Of a stretch of DNA of 64,000 nt, positions 29,066 to 37,986 are shown piece after piece (the stretch's first letter is position 1; the number at the start of each line of letters is the position of its first letter). The DNA comes from a virus: positions 160,001-224,000 of the IMG/VR virus record IMGVR_UViG_3300031418_000005; one strand, given 5' to 3'. The translations under genes and the position numbers were made by a program. Under the pieces are notes generated by a model that made no database searches, was not told the DNA's origin, and worked only from the letters and a program-made list of their open reading frames with translations.

Positions 29066-29625
29066 TCTCCTTTAAGGATGTACTCTTTCATGTTGAGTAC
29101 ATATTCGGTTTGGGCATCAACGTAATCTAACAAAGCTTGTAAATCTAACCCGTTGGGGTTCTTAACATAAATCAACGGAGGGTTGACCGCATCGATCACC
29201 TCCTCCAGCAATTCCAACACCGGCTCCAGCACGTTACTACTGATGGTGATGTGGCCTTCCCGCTCGACGTTCATGTCAATGTTCGGGTTGTGTAGCGAGA
29301 TCACGTTCGGTTCCATGTTGGCCATCCGGGTTTCACTTTCAAGGATGACTTTCAATTTACCGTGGGGGGTTTTACGGCGGGCATAGTCTTTGAACAGCGC
29401 GGGGTCAACTTCACTTACCCCGAGAGAGACTTCAACCAGCACCGGCAACAGGCCATCGTTGATACGATAGAAGATACCGCGCGGTAAGCGTTCTTCTTTC
29501 GACCACAACAGCACCACCATCACATCGTTCTGTTCAGGTAAGTCTTCAGTGATTGACTCGAGGCCGTCTTCCGCTTTCAGGGATTCCAGCCAGACGTCTT
29601 TACGAATTTCAATTAAACGTAACAT
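29062..29625 (-). CDS. hypothetical protein
   Basis: 187-aa ORF in operon. Confidence 0.65.
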   Translation of the reverse strand: MLRLIEIRKDVWLESLKAEDGLESITEDLPEQNDVMVVLLWSKEERLPRGIFYRINDGLLPVLVEVSLGVSEVDPALFKDYARRKTPHGKLKVILESETRMANMEPNVISLHNPNIDMNVEREGHITISSNVLEPVLELLEEVIDAVNPPLIYVKNPNGLDLQALLDYVDAQTEYVLNMKEYILKGE

Positions 29626-29634
29626 AGCGGTTCC

Positions 29635-30216
29635 TTACGGGATATAGACGGCGCGGTGTTGCTGATAGCCATGCTGCTCAACCAGATGGCGAGAGATGGT
29701 GTGTTCAATAGCCGGGTTATAGCAGACCAGATGAATCTCCTGCCCGCGGGTCACCGACGGCAACACGCTGTCCAGCCAATCTATCCCACCTTTCTGTACA
29801 AACGTGTCTTGCGTAATGGTGAAAGGTTGGAAACGCTCAACCGGGCGCTCGTCCTCATCCAACTGCGTGAAACGTTGAATCGCCGGACGGCAGCCGTTCA
29901 CCATAATCGAGCGCGCAAAGTCGAAGGTCACGAGATTGACCTTTTTCAGGTACGCATCTTTGTAACGGCGCAGTAAACTGACATCAACTTCCAGCGTACT
30001 GGAGGTGACGTTGGTTAAGCAGCACATCTTCATCGCCCCTTCTTCGATGTTCGTTTTCACAAACACCATCAACGGTAGCTTGTCCTGCTGGAACACCATC
30101 AATTCCGCGTCCTGATACTTCTCGCAGACTTCAACCACCCGTGGAGCCTTCACGCCGTAACGTTCTTTCAGCTCTTTGAAATCCATTTCACGCTGTTCGA
30201 TGATAACCTTAGCCAT
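29635..30216 (-). CDS. hypothetical protein
   Basis: 193 aa, TAATG coupling. Confidence 0.65.
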   Translation of the reverse strand: MAKVIIEQREMDFKELKERYGVKAPRVVEVCEKYQDAELMVFQQDKLPLMVFVKTNIEEGAMKMCCLTNVTSSTLEVDVSLLRRYKDAYLKKVNLVTFDFARSIMVNGCRPAIQRFTQLDEDERPVERFQPFTITQDTFVQKGGIDWLDSVLPSVTRGQEIHLVCYNPAIEHTISRHLVEQHGYQQHRAVYIP

Positions 30217-30974
30217 TATGCCACCTCTTTACGGATAGCAAGTTTGGCACGGAACAGAATCTGGTTACCGTACTGCTCGACTTCATACCAGCCCAACCCT
30301 TCGGCCATCTTTTTAAGCTTGTCGAACTCCCAGTATTCCGGGTAGTGCCCACCGAAGATGTTCCGCACATCTTTCGCTGACATCAGATAGCAGGGTTCGT
30401 TAATAGAGCGGCTGTCAACATCCGGAATGTATTGCTTGGTATGTTGCGGTAAACCCCGCGGGAAGGTTTCGCCACGAATGTGCAGCGAGTGAACCGGACC
30501 GTTGTCTGCCTGCACCCAAATCACAAAGACGGCTTGCGGCCCATAGCCAATCCCTTCGGATGCAAGCCACGTATTGACCCCCACGCGCACCTGTTTGATG
30601 TCCGCCAGCTCTTGCAGACGAACCATGATCAGTGAAACGGGTGGAATACGTAACATCTGGTCTGTCGGCGGTTGCCAGTCGATGTGGTCAACTAACGCCG
30701 GGGAAAGTGTTTCGGGCGACCAGTCAGTGCGGGACTGCACTGCCAGTCCCGGCTGCAAATAGGCATCGGCTGCATCTTCCAGCAGTGGCTGCAGTAGTTC
30801 CACTACACGGCCCTCGGCTTTCTGAGGGTCTTGCACCAGAATCATTAAAGCTTTTGCAGCCATTTCAATCATTTCTTCACGTTTCATTCTTTCTTTCCTG
30901 TAAAATACACTAAGTGACCGAAAAGCTGTGGCTAAAGCACAGTCGGTATTTAAGCGATAAGGAACATCACTCAC
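30216..30974 (-). CDS. hypothetical protein
   Basis: 252-aa ORF; start may be MKREE. Confidence 0.65.
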   Translation of the reverse strand: MSDVPYRLNTDCALATAFRSLSVFYRKERMKREEMIEMAAKALMILVQDPQKAEGRVVELLQPLLEDAADAYLQPGLAVQSRTDWSPETLSPALVDHIDWQPPTDQMLRIPPVSLIMVRLQELADIKQVRVGVNTWLASEGIGYGPQAVFVIWVQADNGPVHSLHIRGETFPRGLPQHTKQYIPDVDSRSINEPCYLMSAKDVRNIFGGHYPEYWEFDKLKKMAEGLGWYEVEQYGNQILFRAKLAIRKEVA

Positions 30975-30978
30975 TAGG

Positions 30979-30991
30979 ATGATATATATCT
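30979..30991 (-). promoter_or_regulatory. putative early phage promoter (AGATATATATCAT)
   Basis: Near-copy of the 27856 motif at the head of a minus-strand operon. Confidence 0.45.
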
Positions 30992-31005
30992 GTGAAAACT
31001 TGTAA

Positions 31006-31323
31006 TCAGTTGGCGATAATGACGACCGCGTCGTCCAGAAGCAGGTTCAGGGTCGAGTAATTATTCACCATGTTCAGATAACGCGTGCCTTTTTCGAACT
31101 GGTCAAACGTGCCATCGGGTATGACAATAATAGCACAGCTCACCACCCGACTCTCGAGGTCGTGATAAAATTGGTCGACTTCCCCGACCTTGTAAACCCG
31201 GATACGTTGACGGTCGGCCAACACCCCGTCCAATTTACCCGCTGCCGCGGTTTTAATAGCCGCTACCGCCGCGTCACTTTCCTGACGATTTAAATGGTTA
31301 CTGACAACTTCAAATAAAGCCAT
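31006..31323 (-). CDS. hypothetical protein
   Basis: 105 aa, AAGG RBS. Confidence 0.65.
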   Translation of the reverse strand: MALFEVVSNHLNRQESDAAVAAIKTAAAGKLDGVLADRQRIRVYKVGEVDQFYHDLESRVVSCAIIVIPDGTFDQFEKGTRYLNMVNNYSTLNLLLDDAVVIIAN

Positions 31324-31499
31324 AACTGTTTTCCTTGGTAAAGTCGAATAAGGATGTCACTACGTTCCTTGGAACAAGGATGTCGGTGACCGTTGTCACC
31401 TCCGCTAATAGATCCCCCCGGTCCCCCAGGTATACCTCCCTAGCAAACGAATAATCCGAAACGTAAAAAAGAAGATAGTATGACAAAGAGGAGCGCAGC

Positions 31500-32426
31500 A
31501 TGGAAAAGTCCGGCGTGGATTTCTTCTCGATTGGCATTGTCGCGGAAGATAAAGCCCGTGGTGCTGAACGATGCAAGATAATCCCTATCGAAACGAATTT
31601 TGTAAACCCGACTCAGGTACAATCCATTGAGTCGGCGAATGAGAAACAACACGCATCCGATAACGCGATGGACAACCTGCAAGTCACAACCGGTAATGCG
31701 ATTACTGCGAAGTGGTGGAAGTTCAACTCTAACCGCGTCAATCCCCCGGATGTGCAGAAAGAAGATTACGTCATCATCCTGCGTTTGGGTAAGACGGATA
31801 TCTATTTCTGGATTGACCTGAACATGGCCAACGTCAAGCGGTTGGAAGATGCCGTGTATGCGTGGGCCGCTGATCCTGAAAACCAGATGGCGGATGATTT
31901 GTCAAATGCGTATGTGTTGAACATCTCGAGTATTGACAAACACATCACGTTGCGCACCACGATGCTCAACGGTGAGAAAGCCGCATTCCTGTTCCAGTTC
32001 GACAATGCGAATGGGACGTGGCAGTGCGTTGACCAGAAAGGCAACAAGTATTACCTGAACTCGGTAGAAGATGATTTAGGCTTTGAGAACGCCATGCTCT
32101 CCAAAGTCAACATCAACAAAGAGGACATGTTCCTGTATGCCAAAAAGTCAATTAATCTGGAAACCGAAACCCTGAACGAAAAAGTGTCGAAGCGTATCAC
32201 CAATGCTTCTGCCTCGATTAAGTTCACCACCAAGGATTGGCTCACCACTTCCCCGACTTCGAAATTCGACGGCAACTTCGAAGTATCGCAAGATTTCAAA
32301 TACGGCGGAAAGGGTGTGGGCGTTGGTACCTTCACGGTCAGCGAAGCGATTATTGCGAACATCACCTTCACGAAACACGTTCACACCGAACAAGGCGATG
32401 GCAAAGACGTCTCCACCCCGCATTAA
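31500..32426 (+). CDS. baseplate central spike (gpV/gp5-like)
   Basis: OB-fold-like N-terminus, beta-repeat-like C-terminal half, terminal H-V-H metal-binding motif; GAGGAG RBS. Confidence 0.7.
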   Translation: MEKSGVDFFSIGIVAEDKARGAERCKIIPIETNFVNPTQVQSIESANEKQHASDNAMDNLQVTTGNAITAKWWKFNSNRVNPPDVQKEDYVIILRLGKTDIYFWIDLNMANVKRLEDAVYAWAADPENQMADDLSNAYVLNISSIDKHITLRTTMLNGEKAAFLFQFDNANGTWQCVDQKGNKYYLNSVEDDLGFENAMLSKVNINKEDMFLYAKKSINLETETLNEKVSKRITNASASIKFTTKDWLTTSPTSKFDGNFEVSQDFKYGGKGVGVGTFTVSEAIIANITFTKHVHTEQGDGKDVSTPH

Positions 32427-32540
32427 TTACAACAGCGGCCATGAGTATAGCAACATACTCCCTAATGCCTCACTCTCGAGGTCAAACCCTCGTTTGTTAA
32501 GCGTTGCCACTTTTTTCAGCAAAAAAAGATGTTGCGAAGA

Positions 32541-32566
32541 ACCCTCTTACCTTCGGGTAGGAGGGT
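32541..32566 (+). terminator. intrinsic terminator
   Basis: ACCCTCTTACC-TTCG-GGTAGGAGGGT followed by a T-tract. Confidence 0.75.
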
Positions 32567-32653
32567 ATTCTTTTTTACATTATGTGCTTGATAGTATGCA
32601 CAGATGTACCGTAAACAGACATAGGGTCTTTTTACTTCCACTGCTATGGAGAT

Positions 32654-32869
32654 ATGGAAATGAGCATCAAAGAAATCGCAAGCAACGAAGAAGTTCCTGC
32701 GAACTACAAGAAAATCGGTAACGTGACTGCTACCGGTAGCACCGTTGATGACGTTACAGCTAAGCTGGCTGCAGAAGCAGAGAAAGCAGGCGGTGACGCG
32801 TTCAAAGTGATCGGCATCTCTGGTAACAACCAGCAGCACGGCAGCGCCATCGTTTACAAAGCAGAGTAA
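32654..32869 (+). CDS. DUF1471 (YdgH/BhsA/McbA-like) protein lacking a signal peptide
   Basis: IG.V.ATG.T.DD....LA..A.K.G...F.VI...GNN..H.SA.VYK. Confidence 0.75.
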   Translation: MEMSIKEIASNEEVPANYKKIGNVTATGSTVDDVTAKLAAEAEKAGGDAFKVIGISGNNQQHGSAIVYKAE

Positions 32870-32885
32870 GCGAAAAAAAGCAGGT

Positions 32886-32911
32886 CTCCTACTCCCCGAA
32901 GGGAGTAGGAG
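32886..32911. terminator. bidirectional intrinsic terminator
   Basis: CTCCTACTCCC-CGAA-GGGAGTAGGAG between convergent genes. Confidence 0.75.
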
Positions 32912-32916
32912 TATCC

Positions 32917-34179
32917 TTATTTTTTTCGTGCTTTGAAGCGGTGCATTTCCACGTACACTTTCTGCCAGGCACCTTGCGGGCCTACAATGGCTTGAGCGTC
33001 GTTGATTTTGTTCTGGTTCTGCCAACGGGCATTGGTGAACACGTAGTTCGCCCGGTCGAGCTCAGAGGTGTTAAACACCCACTCGCCTTCTTCCCACGTC
33101 GGCCAGAACGCCACCGTCTTCCCAAAACGGTTGACCAGCATCCCCAGTGGTTTCTTTCCGTCTGGGTCTGTCGGGTCTTTCAGGTAGAAGCGTCCCCAGA
33201 CCGTGTTGTGATTCACCCCGACTTTCTCCCGTTCGATGTACGGGTTGTCGATAGTGAAGACAAAAGACGATTCGTGGTTCAGCAACGCCTTTAACGTTTC
33301 CGGGTTACGAATACGCTGCACATTGGTTGCCGTGGTTAAGTCACCAACTCCAATGGCATCCCAGTCGTAATACTTGCGGGTTTCCAGTACCGTTCTTGCC
33401 ACGTCGAAGTTAGGCAACGACAGCATAATCGCTTTGTCACTGAAATACCCCTGTGGTGGCAACCAATGCAAAATCCCCCCGATAACAAACCCAACCGTTT
33501 TCCCAGTAATCGAATCCGGTAGCGACAATAACAGCGTGGAATAATAGTCGCGGGTGGTATCGAGCTTGTTCAGCGTCAAATTCGCAATGGGATAGGTCTT
33601 CACGGCCCCGATGTCGTGAAACACAAGGCAACCTATATCTGGTGTGCCTGCACGCCGTACGATGTTCCCTGCGCCGTTTAAACGCACACCGACTGCATCG
33701 TTTTGATGCGGCACCCACTGACCGTTAATGTTGTACAGTACCGAGTTACGGTATTTGTCCTTCCATTTATCGTCAGCCAGGATTACCACATCATGCGCGT
33801 CATCTAACGAGAAGTCTTGCGTGTAGTGATAGCCCGGTGGGCACAGATGGGTTTCCACGCCGTCGTCCGCATTAATAGACTGGTAATGCGCATGGACAAA
33901 CTCCAGCACCGGTAAACCGTCTTTCAGCGTTGGGATAACCGTACCGGCTTTGGTGTTCAGCCAGTCTTGCAGCGTATCGCTACGGTTTTGTAAGTCAGCC
34001 AAATGGTACTGACTGAAAAAAGTGTAATCTTTGTCGAGTGCGGTGAGGCCAACTTCAAAGAACTGGTAGGCGCTGCACAAAGTTTTTAAGGGCTGTGTGA
34101 CATCGATGGCTCCCCAGGTACGGGTGTCTCGAGAGAAGCCAAAAGCGCTGTCGGCCCGCACTTGATAAGCAGTAGTCAC
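32917..34179 (-). CDS. putative virion structural protein
   Basis: 420 aa, GAGG RBS, divergent from the tail-fibre cluster. Confidence 0.6.
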   Translation of the reverse strand: MTTAYQVRADSAFGFSRDTRTWGAIDVTQPLKTLCSAYQFFEVGLTALDKDYTFFSQYHLADLQNRSDTLQDWLNTKAGTVIPTLKDGLPVLEFVHAHYQSINADDGVETHLCPPGYHYTQDFSLDDAHDVVILADDKWKDKYRNSVLYNINGQWVPHQNDAVGVRLNGAGNIVRRAGTPDIGCLVFHDIGAVKTYPIANLTLNKLDTTRDYYSTLLLSLPDSITGKTVGFVIGGILHWLPPQGYFSDKAIMLSLPNFDVARTVLETRKYYDWDAIGVGDLTTATNVQRIRNPETLKALLNHESSFVFTIDNPYIEREKVGVNHNTVWGRFYLKDPTDPDGKKPLGMLVNRFGKTVAFWPTWEEGEWVFNTSELDRANYVFTNARWQNQNKINDAQAIVGPQGAWQKVYVEMHRFKARKK

Positions 34180-34245
34180 AGGCTTATTCCTCTAAAGGTT
34201 CAGGTCATAGTATGAACTCGACGCCCTCGATTATAGGAGTAGAAC

Positions 34246-37200
34246 ATGGCTGTCGTCTTAGACCCACACTTCAAAGAACCGGGGAACAAACAGACCGGTG
34301 AAGCGGTGACGTTGATCGGTACGAAGTACAAAATGCTCGTCCCCGCGTACGCCCCTTTTTACACCACATCCCTGGTGGTCAAGAGCGGCGGCAAAGAATT
34401 AACCTTAGGCGATGACTACGTTATCACTCACCCGTACATGACCGCTATGTTGCGCACAGGCTACGTCTCCCACGGGATGATTTGGATAACAAACCCTAAG
34501 TATTACAAAGACTTCACCGTAGATTACCACGCTGTGGGTAACGCTATAGCTACCCAGGCACAGATTACTGCGGAACGTACAGCCAATGCGGATGTGTTCC
34601 CAACGACATGCCAGTGGGAGCAAGTCGTCGGTGAGGTCTATTTCCCGCCGGTAGACATTCAGTTTGACCGTGAGAAATGGAGCGGCGAACTGGAGCTGAT
34701 GAATGCGATTGTTGCTATCGGCAAGAAAATCAGCCAAGTCATCAACCTCCCTAACCCGGTCACTAATAACCTGTATCCGGTCACGACGAACGCATTTACC
34801 GATCGTCTTGACTACGACAATATGGGGAAATTTACTTTCAACCAAGAGACCACGGTGGCCCACGGCACACGGGTAACACTTTCTCAGTCACGTTGGGATA
34901 TTCCGGGGCAAGTGGGCAACTATGTTGCGGAGTTCCTGTTCGACCTGAAAGGGTATCAGACGTGGACAGGGTTGCCGAATCTGGGTTGGATGGCTTTAAA
35001 GAACATCACCAAAGGCGTGGGGGTGCAGGAAGTCTGGTTTGACTACAGCATGACTGACAAAGCATGGCGTGTGTATTTGCACACCGAGCAAACCACGCAG
35101 AAAGACTACAACCTGGTGCTGTTCCCGTTTGCGCTGACCAAGTTTGCTCAGCCGTTTACCGTTCGTGTTGAACGCGCCGGTAAACTGGTGACGTTTACCC
35201 TAAAACAAAACAACGCTGTTTTGGGTACGTTTACGCTGGATGTATCGGCCCCGCCAAGCGACGTGCTGACCGTGTTCAATACGTATCAGTTGCAAACGAA
35301 CTTCCTGAACCCAACCGAAACTCGCCTGAATCTCTCAGGACGTGTCGGGGATTCGGTGACGTTCAAATCCTTCCCTGGTATTGACCTATCGGTGGATGTG
35401 CAAAACGACGTCTACCAGCTAATGGTGAAATACCACAACATCGTTCGGAAGCTCTACGATGATGCCCCAGCCCACGCTCACGTTACTCGCAAGGATAACC
35501 CGCACGGGGATTCCTGGGGTGCAATCCGGGCGTTAGAGTTGAACGGGATTGCGTCTGACTCGACGCTTGCTTACGGCAAGACCCAGGCACAGTTGGCAGA
35601 CTATGTCAATAACCTGTTGCCGAAATTGGCATCGTTGGCGAACAAGCTTCTTCGTAACGCCGGTACCACACAAACCATTAATGGTACGTTTGGCACCAAA
35701 CCCGGCTTAACGTCAGTATCGTCTGCTTTAACAGCAACCGAAACAGGTGGGGTGGGTGCACAGTTCACGGTAGACCCGAAAGCGATTCGTTTCCTGGGCC
35801 GTGACTCGCAAACCATCAATGCCGGGAATAACCCAATCACTTTCCAGGGCGGGGCAAACCAACTTATTCTGTATCCAGACTCCCGCGGGTTGCTTTGGAA
35901 CGGTAAGAAGTTGCTTGACCCAACCACAGTTGCCCCGTACTTGCCGGGCAACACGGGCGGTGGCGATGGGCTGTTCTACGGTACCCCGACGACCACGATG
36001 CAAATCAACGGTAACGGGATTCAGTCTGTGCCGTTTGTCTGTACCTTTGTACCACCGACGGCGACCGACGTTAACTTGTTAGCGATGCGCTCTCTGGCGA
36101 CCGACTTCGGTCAAGCCGAAGACCTGGCTGCCACCCCGGCGCTGATTGCTAAACTGGATGCGGCCTTTACCGGTAAACTGGAAAAGGTAAAAGCATACAT
36201 CAATGACCTGCCGCTTACAAGCTCGGTGTACATTGATAAGCTGACGTTCAATCTGGATAAAGTGGCGAATACCTCAGATGCTGATTTGCAGGTGTCCACG
36301 CTCCAGCAAGCGGAACTCGACAAATATGCGGTGGTCGGTCACACGCACCCTGCAGCCGCCTTTGGGGTGAAAGCCGCCACGGCTACCCAGTTCGGTCTTA
36401 TCCAATACGGCTTGGCTGTAGACGATGCCGCGTTGGCGTTGGACGGTTCCGTCGTGATTGACCAGACTACCACTATTACTCAACTCGAGGGAGTGGCAAA
36501 GGGTCTGGACTCAGGCGCGGCTATCGATATCATTCGCTTCGGGGTACCTGGCAATGACCAAATTCAAAACGGTATTCAAACGACCGGTTGGATGGTCACA
36601 TTGGCTGCTGAAACCTACTTCGTGGGGCAGGAGTACAACGTACCGCTTACCACCCTCAACCTCACGGAGCTGTTCCCGAACGCGTATGAAGACACCACGT
36701 TTGGCGTTTTCGTCGATATTGTCGGGGAGACAGCGAAGTATGTTATTCTCGCCAACCCGAACACGGCGGAAACCGACACGATGACGAAAGTCGGCAGCAT
36801 CGACACCTCGGAAGACGGGATTGATGTGGCTGAGATTCACAACGTGACCCGCCTGGGCGCTTTCCGTGAACTCGAAGAACACCTCGAGGACGATAATGCC
36901 CACATCAAACGTACCCTGACCATGAGTGAATTTGGCTACACGGGAGGGTATGGGAAAGGGGGTCCGGTTTGGGCCTCTGGCGTACCGTCAAACGTGCGTG
37001 GTGAAGCAGACTGGCGTATGGCGTTGGCTGACCAGTATTGGCCTATGTCGAAAATGCAGTACGATGGCCAGAATGCACGTTGGTCGTTTGACCCGGATGG
37101 CGTAACGGTAAACGATTACCGCTTTATTCACCACACCTTCCCACTGCACCGTAACGCAGGGATTCAGCATACCTGGATTCCGACGGATGCTGGCACCGAC

Positions 37201-37974
37201 ACACTCCTCGAATCTATCGTGGCAGGGTGGCAGGATGAGACCACGTTCTTTAACCGCATCTCTATTCTGTTGTGCCGGGGTTCACGTATTACGGACAGTA
37301 ATGGGGCGTTCTGTTATGCTGGCCTCGGAATTAATTTCGGGGCGGGGCGTAACGTGGTGATTGGGTTTACGCCAACGAAGATTGGGGGCTCAGCGTCGAC
37401 TTGGGCGGCGTTGTCACCGAGTGTGTCCTTTAGCAGCAATCGGGCTACCGATGGCACGATGACCCTGACCTGTGTGGTGACGTTAGCCGGGCTTATCCAC
37501 GACGTGGTGATCACCTTAGGGGAAGCCACCAAAAACGTCGTGTGCACTGCCCGTGCAGCCGGTACTACACAGACTATCGACCTGACCAACCGTATTCGCC
37601 CGGACTACATCGACCTTAGTGCGCTGTGGACTGACGCCACACTCCCAATCCATCACGGATTAGGCGGTCTGTATGGTGCAACCACAACGGCTGCAATAAC
37701 TTATCCGGCATCCACCACTTATCAGCGTTTCTATAATGCAACGCTGCTCGACTATATTGCGAACTTCTCTGTACTGAACCGTGCGCGGTTCCTGGAGTTC
37801 AATTACGTCGGGGGGAACAGCTCGCTCTCATCTTTGGCAATGACCCTTGCTGAGGCAGAGCGCACCCAAGTGGCTGCTGTGAATCCGTTACCGCTGCCCT
37901 CGTACGTGAACGAAGACCGAGTGATTGCGTTTTGTCAAAACAATTTAGCCCGCGCGGTAATCTTCCGCGATTAA
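34246..37974 (+). CDS. tail fibre/baseplate protein (paralog 1)
   Basis: 1242 aa; APFY..L..G.DY N-domain, H...DNPH, HTH motifs. Confidence 0.7.
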   Translation: MAVVLDPHFKEPGNKQTGEAVTLIGTKYKMLVPAYAPFYTTSLVVKSGGKELTLGDDYVITHPYMTAMLRTGYVSHGMIWITNPKYYKDFTVDYHAVGNAIATQAQITAERTANADVFPTTCQWEQVVGEVYFPPVDIQFDREKWSGELELMNAIVAIGKKISQVINLPNPVTNNLYPVTTNAFTDRLDYDNMGKFTFNQETTVAHGTRVTLSQSRWDIPGQVGNYVAEFLFDLKGYQTWTGLPNLGWMALKNITKGVGVQEVWFDYSMTDKAWRVYLHTEQTTQKDYNLVLFPFALTKFAQPFTVRVERAGKLVTFTLKQNNAVLGTFTLDVSAPPSDVLTVFNTYQLQTNFLNPTETRLNLSGRVGDSVTFKSFPGIDLSVDVQNDVYQLMVKYHNIVRKLYDDAPAHAHVTRKDNPHGDSWGAIRALELNGIASDSTLAYGKTQAQLADYVNNLLPKLASLANKLLRNAGTTQTINGTFGTKPGLTSVSSALTATETGGVGAQFTVDPKAIRFLGRDSQTINAGNNPITFQGGANQLILYPDSRGLLWNGKKLLDPTTVAPYLPGNTGGGDGLFYGTPTTTMQINGNGIQSVPFVCTFVPPTATDVNLLAMRSLATDFGQAEDLAATPALIAKLDAAFTGKLEKVKAYINDLPLTSSVYIDKLTFNLDKVANTSDADLQVSTLQQAELDKYAVVGHTHPAAAFGVKAATATQFGLIQYGLAVDDAALALDGSVVIDQTTTITQLEGVAKGLDSGAAIDIIRFGVPGNDQIQNGIQTTGWMVTLAAETYFVGQEYNVPLTTLNLTELFPNAYEDTTFGVFVDIVGETAKYVILANPNTAETDTMTKVGSIDTSEDGIDVAEIHNVTRLGAFRELEEHLEDDNAHIKRTLTMSEFGYTGGYGKGGPVWASGVPSNVRGEADWRMALADQYWPMSKMQYDGQNARWSFDPDGVTVNDYRFIHHTFPLHRNAGIQHTWIPTDAGTDTLLESIVAGWQDETTFFNRISILLCRGSRITDSNGAFCYAGLGINFGAGRNVVIGFTPTKIGGSASTWAALSPSVSFSSNRATDGTMTLTCVVTLAGLIHDVVITLGEATKNVVCTARAAGTTQTIDLTNRIRPDYIDLSALWTDATLPIHHGLGGLYGATTTAAITYPASTTYQRFYNATLLDYIANFSVLNRARFLEFNYVGGNSSLSSLAMTLAEAERTQVAAVNPLPLPSYVNEDRVIAFCQNNLARAVIFRD

Positions 37975-37986
37975 GGAGAACTCTGA

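Noticed and set aside
3978-29080. Recurrent CCTTAAGG-like palindrome before minus-strand genes
   Set aside because: Largely explained by TAAGG(AG) Shine-Dalgarno sequences; no independent evidence for an operator.
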